Notes under the pieces: model-generated | Seen by the model: the letters and a program-made list of their open reading frames with translations, nothing else | What the model was told of the DNA's origin: nothing | Database searches by the model: none | In this document: in pieces, positions 30,102 through 39,141 of the stretch | How positions within the stretch are numbered: the first letter of the stretch is position 1 | Layout of the letters: every line of letters starts with the position of its first letter | Program-made: the position numbers and the translations under genes | Assembly (NCBI GenBank): GCA_050633305.1 | Contig: JBOEGF010000024.1 | Location: forward strand, 224,001 to 288,000 | Direction of reading: 5' to 3' | From: Nannocystales bacterium | Lineage (GTDB): Bacteria; Myxococcota_A; Polyangia; Nannocystales; Nannocystaceae | DNA length: 64,000 bases

Positions 30102-32425
30102 TGGGTCAGGAACTCCGGGTGGCGCAAGAGGTAGGTCATGACGGCTTGCCAGCTTCGGACCACGAAGTCCGGGTCGGCGTTGTTTCCCTCCACCCTGCAG
30201 GCGTAGGGGAGTTCGGCCTCGCTGGGATCCGCCTCGATGGTGGCCAGGCCCGCCGCACGGACCGCCTCGAACAACGCGAGGGACTTGCCGACCTCTGCAC
30301 TGTCGGCGGCATCGTCTCGCCCGAGCAACAGCCAGTGCAGGTGGACGATGTTGTCGGTGATCGCCGTCGTGTCGGTGGTCTGTGCGTCGACGTACGGGAA
30401 GAGGTCGAGCGGGGTCTCCTGAGTTCCCAAGAGAATCTGCGGGACATGCTCGCAGCCGACCTGGTTGGCCCACTTCCGCATTTTTGCACCCATCACCGCG
30501 TTGGGAACGTCGAGTCGCTCGACGACGCTGCGATAGTCGAGGCCGCCATACAAGATGTCGGACCCGCGAGACAACACGTTCTCGCCGTGGATGTCGTAGC
30601 CGAGCAGGAGCTCGTACTTGCGGTCGAGCTGCTCGGGCGTGAGGAGGGCGTGCGCGCCGGTGAACTCGAGTTCGGCCTCGCGGGACTCGCTGAGCACTTC
30701 ACTGGTGGCCTCGGCCCGGTATGCTTCCGAGAGCGCGAGCGATCGAATCGCCTGCTTGAAGTCACCGCCTGAGCCCTGCATGGCCTCGGCGGCGGCCTCG
30801 ATGACACGTCGCTGTTCCTCGTATGCACGGATGCGCGCCGGGTACAGAGGGTGCTCGGTATCCAGGGGAGGGGTGGCGACCGGGGTCTGGGTCAGCACGT
30901 ACCAAGCGTGCTCCGCCATCGCGACCGGGAACCGGGGGTCGTCGGCGACGCGTTCGCCCAGCCATTGAAGCGCGCGCCAACGCTCGCCCGTTGGGATCGT
31001 CTCGCCCTCGAAGCCGGGCGCAACCATGTCGGTGTGCCAGTCGACTTCCGGGATGTGCACTTGCCCCGTGTCTCCGTAGGCAGCGAAGAGACCGGCGACA
31101 GGGTCGAGCGTGTCGTGACAGGCGACGCATTCCGGCGCCTCCATCGTGGGGTTGTCGTACTGCGCGGTGACGGCGGCTGCATCGGCCACCGAGGGCGCCA
31201 AGGCCATGATGTCGACGCCGAGGAAGTGCTTGTAGAACATCCGCGCGCGGCGGCGGTTTCGATTGGAGTCCGAACTCTCGTAGACGTAGGTGTAGTGGAA
31301 CGTCGAGAGCACGCCCGCATGCGGGTACTGTCCCGTCGGCGAGGTCTGCTGGAGCCCCCCACTGGTGCGGAGCGCCGGCAGTCTCGCCTCGACGAACTCC
31401 TGTGGATCCTCGGGGTCGTCGAAGCTCGCTTGTACGGACGCGAGCATGTCGAACCCGCCGTGCAGGTCGTATCCCCGGGCACTGTAGGGCGAGACCATCA
31501 TGTAGTCTGCGGTGACCACTTCGTGGAACGGACGGTCCTCGCGGAGGACGTGCGCGATGAGTTCGACCGGCTCGTACCGCATGCCCCGCGAGTAGGGCGC
31601 GTTGAACTCCTCGGTGTCTTCCTGATACCAGCCGCGGCTGGGGAACAGGTCGTAGGCGAGCACGTACTCAGGCTCGCTGCTCAATGAGTAGTTCTCGGTC
31701 AGGAGGACGTCTCCAAATGCTTCTTTGACGCGGCTGTAGAATGCTTCCTCGTTCACGAGTGTTTCGAGGACTTCGTCGACGCCGGTGAGGCCTTCGTCTT
31801 GGACGAGCTGGAGCTCGCCTTCGGAGGGGAGCCGGCTGGCAAGGGCGAGGGTCAGCTTGCGAAGCAGTGGAACGGGTTCGGTAGAGATCACCCCTTCGTA
31901 GAAAGGACCGGTGGGCTCCGGGGGGTCGACGTCGTCACAGTCATCGCCATCGACGTGCGTGATGAAGTCGAGGATGACGCTGTGGGGGTACGAGCCCTCG
32001 GCGAAGCGGACCCCACCCGCGTGTTCGACGATGCCCGTCGGCTTGATGTCGAGCAGGGCGCGTCCGTCTTGCAGGCTCGACGCCGCCCAGGTGGCTGCGT
32101 CGTAGCTTTGGTCGAGGTCGTCGGGATCCAGGACGAAACCGCTTCGTGCCGCGCTTCCCTCGGCTCGGTGGCACATCAAGCACTGGGGCTGCAGGACGTT
32201 GGGCCACAACACGGCCTCAAAGTGGGCGGAAGGGTCGCAAGTTCCCTCCCACGACTCTCCAGTCAAGTCGCCGGAGGCATCGGCTTCGGAGGTCTGGGGG
32301 GTGCTGTCCCCTGCGGCGGCTGTCGTGGAGGTGGGATCGGTGTCGCCAGGTGCAGTTGCCGATCCGGCGTAACACGCGGTCAACAGCAGCGCTCCGATCG
32401 CGCCCGGTGCTCTGAAATCCGGCAT
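30098..32425 (-). CDS. Lipoprotein with two c-type heme motifs (DUF1588/DUF1592-like family)
   Basis: Lipobox LTAC; CLMCH and CVACH; HAGVLST, NRNRRRAR, LDPV; ATGA overlap with the DUF1501 gene. Confidence 0.8.
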   Translation of the reverse strand: MPDFRAPGAIGALLLTACYAGSATAPGDTDPTSTTAAAGDSTPQTSEADASGDLTGESWEGTCDPSAHFEAVLWPNVLQPQCLMCHRAEGSAARSGFVLDPDDLDQSYDAATWAASSLQDGRALLDIKPTGIVEHAGGVRFAEGSYPHSVILDFITHVDGDDCDDVDPPEPTGPFYEGVISTEPVPLLRKLTLALASRLPSEGELQLVQDEGLTGVDEVLETLVNEEAFYSRVKEAFGDVLLTENYSLSSEPEYVLAYDLFPSRGWYQEDTEEFNAPYSRGMRYEPVELIAHVLREDRPFHEVVTADYMMVSPYSARGYDLHGGFDMLASVQASFDDPEDPQEFVEARLPALRTSGGLQQTSPTGQYPHAGVLSTFHYTYVYESSDSNRNRRRARMFYKHFLGVDIMALAPSVADAAAVTAQYDNPTMEAPECVACHDTLDPVAGLFAAYGDTGQVHIPEVDWHTDMVAPGFEGETIPTGERWRALQWLGERVADDPRFPVAMAEHAWYVLTQTPVATPPLDTEHPLYPARIRAYEEQRRVIEAAAEAMQGSGGDFKQAIRSLALSEAYRAEATSEVLSESREAELEFTGAHALLTPEQLDRKYELLLGYDIHGENVLSRGSDILYGGLDYRSVVERLDVPNAVMGAKMRKWANQVGCEHVPQILLGTQETPLDLFPYVDAQTTDTTAITDNIVHLHWLLLGRDDAADSAEVGKSLALFEAVRAAGLATIEADPSEAELPYACRVEGNNADPDFVVRSWQAVMTYLLRHPEFLTQ

Positions 32426-32510
32426 CGACCAACCACGACTGACAATCGGCGGTCCGGTTCACCTGTTTTTCCCGGGAGCCCGCCGAAGCTGCGGTTGTAT
32501 GGTGTTGGCG

Positions 32511-33833
32511 ATGGAGCGGGTCCTGGTGGTCATGAGCCTGGTGGTGGGTTCTGGGTGCGTGCTGAATCCCGCGTTCGACCCGATCGAGACCGATGGGGGG
32601 ACCGGCGCGGCTGAGACCGAGGCTGACGCGCCGGGATCGAGCGGTGAGCCGCCGGGCGATGTTCCCGGGTGTGGCGCGTTGGGTCCGGTCCCTGCAGATG
32701 CTCGCGTCGTCGGCCCCGACGAAGCGCCGGTGCTTGCAAACATCCTCAGCGAGGTGACCCCGGGACAAACGATTGCGCTCGAGCCCGGACGGTACCCGCT
32801 CGAGAGCATCCTGAACCTCGAGGTCGACGGCGTCACGCTACGGTCGACGACCGGGGAGGCGGCCGATGTCGTGCTGGCCCCGGCGGCGACCCTCATCGCT
32901 GGGCTTGTCATCAATGCTTCCGAGGTCACGGTGGCTGAGCTGACGTTCGAGGGAGGCGGAGGCTCGCAGCTGGTGGTGTCCGGGAGCACCCGACCAGCCG
33001 ACGATGTCGTGGCATACCGCCTGCGCTTTCTCGACCCGGTCGGTTCTGCCATCCGGACGAATACCGGGCTGGAGGGAACCAGTGCCGACCGAGGCCTGCT
33101 CGCATGCAGTGAGCTGCGCTTCACCGACGCCGCACGCGACGCTCGGGCCGAGGACTGTTCGGCCGGCGGCATCTCCGGATTCGGCGTTTGGGACTGGACC
33201 GTGCGAGACAACCTGTTTGAGGGGTTTTGGTGTCCGAGCGGCTACGCGGGCGTTGCGGTGGCGTTTTCAGAGGGGTCCGCGAGGACGCTCGTGGAGCGCA
33301 ACGTGATCCGTGAGTCCGTACAGGGGGTGGTCCTGGGTCTCAACGAGACGTTCGAGCCCAAACGCCCCACGCCCGCCTGCGGTTCGGGCGTGTACTTCGA
33401 CCATGTCGGCGGGGTCGTCCGAAACAACGCGATCGTTTCGGTCTCCGAAGGCATGGCGGCTTCGCAGTTCGGTCTCGACACCGGGCTGGGCCTGTGGAAC
33501 GTGTGCGACACGAAGGCGGTGCACAACACCGTGCTCACCGCGGTGCCTGCGTTCTCTTCGATCGAATACCGGTTCCCCAATACTCGGGCCACCGTCGCGA
33601 ACAACCTGGTCACACATCCGATCTTCGATCGGGACGATGCTGGTGTGCCGAGTGCCGGGAACCTGGAGGTCGACCTTTCGGTCTTCGTTTCACCGCTCGA
33701 AGGGGACTTCCATCTGCGCGCTGGCAGTGCGGCGGTCGACGCCGGAGCGCAACTTGGCGCAGAGGCCGTGACCCATGACATCGACGGCGACGTTCGGGAC
33801 GAAGCTCCGGACGTCGGCGCCGATGAGTTGTGA
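32511..33833 (+). CDS. Lipoprotein with right-handed parallel beta-helix (pectin lyase-like)
   Basis: GSGC lipobox; PGQTIALEPGRY; repeated VRDN/VERN/VRNN/VHN/ANN strands; DFHLRAGSAAVDAG, DVGADE. Confidence 0.8.
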   Translation: MERVLVVMSLVVGSGCVLNPAFDPIETDGGTGAAETEADAPGSSGEPPGDVPGCGALGPVPADARVVGPDEAPVLANILSEVTPGQTIALEPGRYPLESILNLEVDGVTLRSTTGEAADVVLAPAATLIAGLVINASEVTVAELTFEGGGGSQLVVSGSTRPADDVVAYRLRFLDPVGSAIRTNTGLEGTSADRGLLACSELRFTDAARDARAEDCSAGGISGFGVWDWTVRDNLFEGFWCPSGYAGVAVAFSEGSARTLVERNVIRESVQGVVLGLNETFEPKRPTPACGSGVYFDHVGGVVRNNAIVSVSEGMAASQFGLDTGLGLWNVCDTKAVHNTVLTAVPAFSSIEYRFPNTRATVANNLVTHPIFDRDDAGVPSAGNLEVDLSVFVSPLEGDFHLRAGSAAVDAGAQLGAEAVTHDIDGDVRDEAPDVGADEL

Positions 33834-33867
33834 GCGTCGCTGTGGGAGTGGGGGGCCGGAGCGGGAC

Positions 33868-34563
33868 TCAGCGCCGCTTGGCGCGTTCGCGAGGCTCGGC
33901 TGAACTCTCGCGACGTGCGGCCTGGGTCGCGAGGCGGTCGGCCTCTTCGTTCCCCGGGTGGCCGGCGTGCCCCTTGATCTTCAGGAGTTCCAGCTTGGGC
34001 ATCCGGGTCATCTGCTCTTTGATCGCGTTGATGATCTCGAGGTTGGCCTTGGCCTTCCATCCGCCGATCAACACGCCAAGGCTCCATCCGCTGTCGGTGT
34101 ACAGATGGATGTTCGTCTCCTGCTCTGCCTCGGTGATCTTCTCCAGCGCGCGGAGGATCGCGGTCAGCTCGGCGATGTTGTTGGTGCCGCTGCCGATGTA
34201 CTCGCTGAGCTCGAGCGTCGATTCGGGCCGCTGGATGAACACGCCGACACCCGCGGGCCCTGGGTTCCCCGAGCACGCGCCGTCCGTATAGATGATGATC
34301 GTGTTCTCGTCGGGCGGCGTCTTGGGCTTCTCCTGAAGCGCGGCTTTGCTCGTTGCCGCGGCAGCGGAGCTGCCTCCCATCGCTTCATCGGTCACCACCT
34401 CGCCGCCCGTGTCCGTGATGTTCTCTGGCGCAGCCTTGTAGGACTTCGATGCGCCGAGCCGGTAGCGAAGCTCCACCCGCCCGCGATGCACGATCGGTTT
34501 CCCGGCCGGGAGAACGCGCACGTAGACTTCCTCACCTTTGAATTCGTACTTTTTCCAGGGCAT
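33868..34563 (-). CDS. rnhA: Ribonuclease HI with N-terminal extra domain
   Basis: YTDGACSGNPG, TNNIAEL, YTDS, KIKGHAGHPGNEEADRLA (D-E-D-D catalytic set). Start ATG 34563. Confidence 0.9.
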   Translation of the reverse strand: MPWKKYEFKGEEVYVRVLPAGKPIVHRGRVELRYRLGASKSYKAAPENITDTGGEVVTDEAMGGSSAAAATSKAALQEKPKTPPDENTIIIYTDGACSGNPGPAGVGVFIQRPESTLELSEYIGSGTNNIAELTAILRALEKITEAEQETNIHLYTDSGWSLGVLIGGWKAKANLEIINAIKEQMTRMPKLELLKIKGHAGHPGNEEADRLATQAARRESSAEPRERAKRR

Positions 34564-34751
34564 GGGGGCGCGCAAGCGTACAGATCGGTGACCGATCGGG
34601 CCAGCAGCGATGCCTTTCTCGTGCCGGCTGTGCAACCGGGGCTGAACGGACACGTCTCACCTTGATCGACCGGTTCCAATAACCCCCAATCGGCCTAAAA
34701 CCCCCGATCTTTGTTGTTGCAGACGGTTTAGGGAGCGACTAAGAACCCCGG

Positions 34752-35681
34752 GTGATGAACCGGACGCTCGCCACCACGACTTGCGCTGCTGCCTTCCTGA
34801 CTCTCACCGCCTGCAAGGGCGGCGGAGCGGCGGGAGATGCTGCCAAGCTCATCCCCGATGCAGCCACCGTTGTCGGCGGAGCGAACATCCAGGCCATGAT
34901 GAAGAGCCCGCTGTACGAGGGCAACAAAGAGATGCTCGAGAAGGGCGACCAGAAAGAGGCGATGGAAGCCGCGAAGGCTTGCAACCTCGGTCCCGACACG
35001 TGGCAGTCCGTCGTGTTCGGCGTCGACCCTGAAGGTGGAGACGCCAAGATGGCCGTCGTTCTCGTGGCGACCGGCCTGGGCAAGAAGGAGAACCTCGAGT
35101 GCATCTCCGGCAAGATGAAAGAGAAGAACGACGGCAAGGAGCCGTGGACCATGGAAGAGAAGGACGGAAAGCTCGTCCTCAACATGGACGACGGTGAGGC
35201 CACCGGTTACGTCGTCAACGAGAACACCCTCGCCGTCGCGGGCAAGGACTGGGCCGGCGCGGTCAAGGAGCTGGTCGACGGCAAGGGCAAGCCCGCCATC
35301 GAGAACAGCCTCAAGGACGTCGTGGGCCGTACCGACATGTCGAAAGCTGTCTGGGCCGCCGGCGTCATCCCGGCATCCATGGCTGCAGGCCCCGCCGACG
35401 GCATGAAGGACGGCGCGATGTGGATCGACATGTCCTCCGGCCTCGAGCTCATGGGCTCGGTTGGCGTGAAGGACGCCGACACCGCTACCGCCAAGGCGAA
35501 AGAGCTGTCCGAGCAGTACGACAAGATGAAGGGTATGGCGGGCGGATTCGGCGTCCCCGCTGGTGTCACCGACAGCGTCAAGATCGAAGCCAAGGACGCT
35601 GCGATCAACGTCTCCGCCAAGGCCAGCAAAGAGGACCTCGAGAAGATCAACGAGGCCGTCAAGAAGCAGATGGGCGGCTGA
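34752..35681 (+). CDS. Lipoprotein of unknown function, probably abundant
   Basis: Lipobox LTAC; very strong codon bias; Lys/Ala/Met-rich. Confidence 0.85.
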   Translation: MMNRTLATTTCAAAFLTLTACKGGGAAGDAAKLIPDAATVVGGANIQAMMKSPLYEGNKEMLEKGDQKEAMEAAKACNLGPDTWQSVVFGVDPEGGDAKMAVVLVATGLGKKENLECISGKMKEKNDGKEPWTMEEKDGKLVLNMDDGEATGYVVNENTLAVAGKDWAGAVKELVDGKGKPAIENSLKDVVGRTDMSKAVWAAGVIPASMAAGPADGMKDGAMWIDMSSGLELMGSVGVKDADTATAKAKELSEQYDKMKGMAGGFGVPAGVTDSVKIEAKDAAINVSAKASKEDLEKINEAVKKQMGG

Positions 35682-35734
35682 GATAGCTCACACGGTCTGC
35701 GTTTGCAGCCGGCTGGGAATTCCAGCAACCTTCG

Positions 35735-35763
35735 CGCCCCGGTCCATTCGGCCGGGGCGTTCG
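35735..35763 (+). terminator. GC-rich hairpin after the lipoprotein gene, possible terminator
   Basis: CGCCCCGG...CCGGGGCG followed by a short T tract. Confidence 0.4.
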
Positions 35764-35824
35764 CGTGGGGCTTCGCTCCGCGCCCTTGTAGCCGCTGTTG
35801 GCGGTGAACATCGAGGACAAACCA

Positions 35825-36199
35825 ATGCGAAAAACACCTCTTCAGATCGTCAAGGAGCAGCACGGCTCCAAAGCGGACCTCATCAACAAGCTCGCTGGAC
35901 TCATCGAGTCCGAGGAAGGCGAGTCGGACGACGACCACAAGCGTCGCCTCCGGAACGTCTCCAACGCCAAGCTGTTGCACCTGCTCGACATCGGTGAGCG
36001 GGCCAAGGAAGCTGGAGGCCGCGACGGTCTCGTGGCCAAAGTGCTGGAGCTCAAAGGCCAGTCCAAGGACCACGAGTACGGCGATGCGCTCAAGCGCAAA
36101 GCCCTCGGCGAGCTCCTCGACCTGCACGCCAGCATCAAGCACCGCGTGGACGGCAAGGCCGCCAAGAAGCCCAAGCACCTGCGCACGCGCAAGAACTAG
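35825..36199 (+). CDS. Small charged helical hypothetical protein (124 aa)
   Basis: GAGGA RBS; strong codon bias; basic C-terminal tail; has its own terminator. Confidence 0.85.
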   Translation: MRKTPLQIVKEQHGSKADLINKLAGLIESEEGESDDDHKRRLRNVSNAKLLHLLDIGERAKEAGGRDGLVAKVLELKGQSKDHEYGDALKRKALGELLDLHASIKHRVDGKAAKKPKHLRTRKN

Positions 36200-36253
36200 G
36201 CGAGCTCAGAGCACGGTCCAGGGCGTTCCGCTCGGACCACCGCTCGAGAAGAA

Positions 36254-36288
36254 GGAGTCGGGGCGCAGTGCCCTGGCTCCTTTTTTTT
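36254..36288 (+). terminator. Rho-independent terminator
   Basis: GGAGTCGGGGC-GCAGT-GCCCTGGCTCC followed by T8. Confidence 0.88.
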
Positions 36289-36378
36289 GCGCCTGTCGAT
36301 CCAGGTCAGCTGGGGTGCCGTACCCCTGGCGTGTCGCACTTCACGCCAGCCTCCCTCCGCCGCGCTGCCGGCCACGAC

Positions 36379-36921
36379 ATGTTCTACAGCATCGTCGCGG
36401 AGCTCGACCCGACCAACGCGGTCGCCTGGTTGGAGATGGTGTCGGTGCAGGCCGACTTCGGTGCTGGGGAGGCCGACTACGACCAGCCCACGCGGACCTA
36501 CAGCGAGTCGATGCGTCTGACGCTGCACTACTCGTTGATCCTGACGTTCGAATCGACCGCTCTGCTGCGCGAGGCGACCCGATCCTCGGGTGGGCTGTAT
36601 GGCTACTTCATTCGTTTGCACCCGACCGCATTCAAGGCCAACGGCGCGTGCACGATGAACCCCCGTGGCATGGCTGAGGTCATGTTCAACACCCGCAGCT
36701 CGATGATGAGTGCGCAGAACATCGGCTGGATCATGCAGGGGCTCTCGCAGCGTTACAACATCGCGGTTAGGGCGGCCACCTACGTCCGGAACCAACGCCG
36801 CAGCAAGAAGCTTCCGGTCACTGTGGATGGGTACCGGGAACCTCAGCGCGTGGGCTCCCTCGAGCGGCTGATGTCTCGTCACCGCCGCGGTCGGGGGACG
36901 CACAACGCCATGGCCCACTAA
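36379..36921 (+). CDS. Hypothetical protein
   Basis: ATG 36379; GC3 bias; lies between two terminators. No family recognised. Confidence 0.7.
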   Translation: MFYSIVAELDPTNAVAWLEMVSVQADFGAGEADYDQPTRTYSESMRLTLHYSLILTFESTALLREATRSSGGLYGYFIRLHPTAFKANGACTMNPRGMAEVMFNTRSSMMSAQNIGWIMQGLSQRYNIAVRAATYVRNQRRSKKLPVTVDGYREPQRVGSLERLMSRHRRGRGTHNAMAH

Positions 36922-36923
36922 CG

Positions 36924-36957
36924 AAAAGAGCCGAGGCTGGTGGGCCTCGGCTCTTTC
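36924..36957. terminator. Bidirectional intrinsic terminator between convergent genes
   Basis: AAAAGAGCCGAGGC-TGGTGG-GCCTCGGCTCTTTC. Confidence 0.85.
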
Positions 36958-36984
36958 TAGGGGCGGATACGGCGGGGAGGTTCG

Positions 36985-39141
36985 CTACTTCCTGATCACG
37001 ACGGGGATCGTCGCGAGGTTGCCCGACGCGTCGCGGACCCGCAGCACCACCCGGTGCGCGCCGGGCCTCAGGTCGTCGGGGAGGTCGAACTCGACGACTT
37101 CCTTCGGGCTGTCGAAGACCCCGTCTTGGGCGCTCGCCGTTCGGAACCGACCCCCATCGACGCTGTACGACGCGTCATGAATGTAGCCGCCCTCGTCGGT
37201 GGCGGTGGCGGTGACCCGCTCTCCCGTCACGGCGGGTGTGGAGACCGAGGGACGCTGCCGGTCGACGACGAAGGGGTCACTGACCAACTCGTCGGTTCGA
37301 GCGGCTGCGCTCCCGTTGGCCGGCTCATCACTTGCCCGGACACCGACCTCGTAGACGCCGTCCGGAACCGTCGCCAGGTCGAGGCTCACCTCGAGTCCGG
37401 TCACAGGTTCGCCGTTCTTGGTCACTGCGATCCACTCGCCGCTGGAGCCTCCCTCCGGGCGGATACGGACGTCGTACAGCAGGTCGTCGTCGTCTCGCGA
37501 GTCGACCTTCCACTTGATCTTCACCGACGTGCTGGGCTCGCTCGAGTCCGACTTCTTGAATTTGGGCTCGCCAATCGAGACCTGGGTGAGCAGCGGGGCG
37601 AGGTTCTCGGGGGCGTAGAACGCCTCAAGCGAGCGCAAGGTCGAGTCGGCCGTGTTCAGGCCCACTTCGAACTCCACGTACCGACGCTTCGCCAGTTTCG
37701 CCAGGCTACCGCGCCGACCGTCCTTGCCAGAGGACAAGGTGATGTCGACCCAGTCGCTCCATCGATCGTCGGGCTTGTCGGTGGGCCCCACGCGGGCGCG
37801 TAGGCTGATCTTGCCTGACCCACGCAGGAGGACCGCGCCCCACTTCGAAGGGTGGATCGCGTCGTGAACCTTGGGTCGATACTTCGCCTGCGACGCGCTC
37901 GCAGCTCGCAGCTGGTAGACGGCAGCGCCGTGGGCCGTCGCGGCGAAGGCGGGGCCCTTGGGGAGCTGGCACAGCGCCGTGGTTTGGCGCTCGTCGAAGT
38001 CCGCGACCGTGGCAGCCGACCGAGGACCGGAGACCCGGTAGACCTTGCCACTGTGCGAGGTGCCGACCATCACCGACTCGCCTTGGGACAGTAGGGACGT
38101 GAAGTATTGGTCCGAGCGGTCGAGCCACTGCTCCCATGGCGCTTCGGTGGAACGCGACACATCGAGCTTGGAACCGAGGTCGACCGCATGAAGCTCGCCG
38201 TGGGCCGAGGGGGGGCGCTCGTTGCCCGCGCTCCCGCTTGGGGGTGTTCCGGTGAGACTGGTCCGCTGAAGCGTCTTGCTTAGCGCATCCAGGCTGCCGA
38301 GCTTCCGGTCCTCGAACGTGTTGATCGCGACGACGAGCTTTGTGCCGACCACGGCCAGCGCCCGGACTTCGTCGCCGGAGAAGCTGTGCAGCAGCTCGCC
38401 CTCGACGTCATCGGTGACGCGATAGAGATTGGCCTGCGGTGAGACGCCGACGAGCAGGTCGTCACCCACGGGAAGGATGCTGAGGATGTCCTTCTCCTTG
38501 GCGTCGAAGACGACCTTGGGGCTCTTGCCGTCGAGCGACATCGAGTACAGCTCGCCCTTGGGGCCGGTCGCAGCGTAGAGCTTGCCTTTGTGGACCAGCA
38601 GACCCCAGATCTGCTCAACAGGCAGGGTCGCAAAGTCGGAGACTTTCCCCTTCTTGCTGACCTTGACCAGCTTCCCACCTGGAACGGTCGCAGCGATGAC
38701 GCTTCCGCCGCCCACGTTCACCATGGCGCTCACGAGAACGCCGTCGAGCGAGGCCACCTGCTCGACCTTGAGCGTCGCCTCCGGGGTGACGGTTTGGCCC
38801 TTCTTCCCACGCTTGGACGGCTTGGTTTTCTTTCCTGCCTTCTTCGAGAGGTTGGGGTAGACGCGCAAGATCGATGCCTCGTCGGCGGTGCCGATGAGGA
38901 CCGACTTTCCGTCGGCGACGCAGGAGAACGCGGTGGTCTGCTTGACCTCACCACGCTGCGGCAGGTAGCCGACGGTGACGGTCCCGTCGGACTCGATGGC
39001 CGCGCCCTGGGTCTCGCCGCGGTCGAGCGATGCGTAGTCGGAGACTTTGAGGGTGCGCGTGCCTCCGGCCAACGCCGAAGTCGGCATGGCCCAAGCGGCG
39101 GTCAGCGAGCACAAAAGAAGGGTTCGAAGGGCGCTTGTCAT
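36985..39141 (-). CDS. Secreted beta-propeller protein with C-terminal FN3/Ig-like domains
   Basis: Signal peptide; repeated LYAATG..G.LY / VGTS.SGKVY blades; DLATVPDGVYEVGVRASD. Confidence 0.8.
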   Translation of the reverse strand: MTSALRTLLLCSLTAAWAMPTSALAGGTRTLKVSDYASLDRGETQGAAIESDGTVTVGYLPQRGEVKQTTAFSCVADGKSVLIGTADEASILRVYPNLSKKAGKKTKPSKRGKKGQTVTPEATLKVEQVASLDGVLVSAMVNVGGGSVIAATVPGGKLVKVSKKGKVSDFATLPVEQIWGLLVHKGKLYAATGPKGELYSMSLDGKSPKVVFDAKEKDILSILPVGDDLLVGVSPQANLYRVTDDVEGELLHSFSGDEVRALAVVGTKLVVAINTFEDRKLGSLDALSKTLQRTSLTGTPPSGSAGNERPPSAHGELHAVDLGSKLDVSRSTEAPWEQWLDRSDQYFTSLLSQGESVMVGTSHSGKVYRVSGPRSAATVADFDERQTTALCQLPKGPAFAATAHGAAVYQLRAASASQAKYRPKVHDAIHPSKWGAVLLRGSGKISLRARVGPTDKPDDRWSDWVDITLSSGKDGRRGSLAKLAKRRYVEFEVGLNTADSTLRSLEAFYAPENLAPLLTQVSIGEPKFKKSDSSEPSTSVKIKWKVDSRDDDDLLYDVRIRPEGGSSGEWIAVTKNGEPVTGLEVSLDLATVPDGVYEVGVRASDEPANGSAAARTDELVSDPFVVDRQRPSVSTPAVTGERVTATATDEGGYIHDASYSVDGGRFRTASAQDGVFDSPKEVVEFDLPDDLRPGAHRVVLRVRDASGNLATIPVVIRK

